From contig CAZEBW010000004.1 of assembly GCA_964510205.1 (NCBI GenBank), positions 3,638-67,637 of the forward strand: DNA of 64,000 bases, given 5' to 3'. This document shows, piece after piece, positions 63,293 to 64,000 of this stretch. The DNA is from an uncultured Anaerolineae bacterium. Lineage in GTDB: Bacteria > Chloroflexota > Anaerolineae > VGOG01. Positions within the stretch are counted from its first letter, which is position 1; every line of letters starts with the position of its first letter. Below the pieces are notes generated by a model, which saw nothing but the letters and a program-made list of their open reading frames with translations, was not told the DNA's origin and made no database searches. A program made the position numbers and the translations under genes.

Positions 63293-63552
63293 TGCTCTTT
63301 CCCGTAAAGGTAGCGATCGTGCTCTACAGCAGCGTTTGGCAGTCGGCCAGGTTGGGCATCACGTCCCAGGGAGCGAAAAACCTCCCAACCCCTTGGTGAT
63401 TCTTTTCGCTTAGCTTCATCCGGCACGGGCAAAATGCGAATCTCCCCTGGCCGCACTACTACCTGCAAACGGGTGCCCAATCCAGCATTGCGAATCCAGT
63501 GTTCGTCAATCCAGATCCCCTGTTGAACCTCTAGCATCTTTTGATTAGGCAT
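63289..63552 (-). CDS. Small hypothetical protein, possibly AbrB/SpoVT-like
   Basis: 87 aa with LQVVVRPGEIRILPV, which is swapped-hairpin-like. 4-nt overlap with the MNT gene. The domain call is weak. Confidence 0.4.
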   Translation of the reverse strand: MPNQKMLEVQQGIWIDEHWIRNAGLGTRLQVVVRPGEIRILPVPDEAKRKESPRGWEVFRSLGRDAQPGRLPNAAVEHDRYLYGKEQ

Positions 63553-63569
63553 AGTTTTGTTCTCCTCTC

Positions 63570-64000
63570 CTATCTCAGATAGTTTTCCTTCTTCAGCGCT
63601 TCCAGATCGGCATCCACCATGATCTGGATCAGCTCCTCAAAAGTGACGGCAGGCTCCCAGCCCAGCTTGGTGTGGGCCTTGTTGGCATCAGCCACCAGAC
63701 AGTCCACGTCGGCAGGGCGAAGGAATCTGGGATCGACCACCACATGGTCTTGCCAGCCCAGATCGAGGTAGCTGAAGGCCACCTCGCAGAGATATCGCAC
63801 TGAGTGAGTTTGCCCGGTACCCACCACGTAGTCGTCCGGCTCGTCCTGCTGGAGCATGAGCCACATGGCTTTGACATAGTCTCCGGCGTAGCCCCAATCT
63901 CGTTGGGCCTCTAAGTTGCCCATCCTCAGTTCATTGTCCAGGCCCAGTTTGATGCGGGCTGCGCCGTAGGTCACTTTATGGGTTGAGAACTCCAGGCCTC
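63570..64000 (-). CDS. gmd: GDP-mannose 4,6-dehydratase (3' part; 5' end beyond the window)
   Basis: [45 protein letters not shown] matches the Gmd C-terminal half. The frame is open to base 64000. Confidence 0.9.
   Translation of the reverse strand, partial: GLEFSTHKVTYGAARIKLGLDNELRMGNLEAQRDWGYAGDYVKAMWLMLQQDEPDDYVVGTGQTHSVRYLCEVAFSYLDLGWQDHVVVDPRFLRPADVDCLVADANKAHTKLGWEPAVTFEELIQIMVDADLEALKKENYLR

Overview
This is a 64-kb window from a high-GC bacterial chromosome, roughly mid-60s % GC by eye. The gene content and repeat style suggest a filamentous Chloroflexota-like organism, but that taxon call is inference only. Housekeeping genes (ligA, rlmI-like, rtcA, comF, hpf, folC, lon, eno, pgm/pmm, tatD, polyprenyl synthase, gmd) are interspersed with a large envelope and glycan gene set. 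That set comprises three GT2, one GT4, four tandem GT-C/PMT-like paralogs, an O-antigen-ligase-like protein, an LPG-synthase-TM-like protein, two alkaline-phosphatase-family enzymes, a GH99-like protein and an LVIVD-repeat surface protein. No rRNA, tRNA, CRISPR array, integrase or transposase was recognised. Three things stand out. (1) A visibly lower-GC island of about 15 kb (about 11.3-26.4 kb) carries a tightly packed minus-strand operon driven by a perfect consensus sigma-70 promoter. In order it encodes a truncated alanyl-tRNA-synthetase catalytic-core paralog, a 1245-aa multi-GAF histidine kinase, an Asp-to-Ser pseudo-receiver, a stand-alone receiver and a REC-AlbA_2 (Schlafen-like) protein. 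These are followed by a REC-CHAT caspase-like protease, a sensor-less histidine kinase, a second REC-CHAT protease and two SPFH/band-7 membrane proteins. I do not know this combination as a described system, and it is the best candidate for a novel signalling, cell-fate or defence module. (2) Short 7-8 bp tandem arrays (STRR-like) are pervasive. They often occur as inverted pairs, lie in intergenic DNA, and are translated in-frame in loops and termini of host genes. Multi-hairpin palindromic elements are also present, one of them sitting in-frame inside a gene. (3) Several local oddities were found. One GT-C gene is split by a single TAA inside a 24-bp tandem repeat. The GAF kinase carries a 540-bp in-frame tandem duplication with a 307-bp perfect block. 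A 50-codon Flp-type pilin gene is missing from the ORF track. Two secreted proteins share a C-terminal LPL[IV]xKN[WF] tail. All functional calls rest on motif recognition by eye; no database search was possible.
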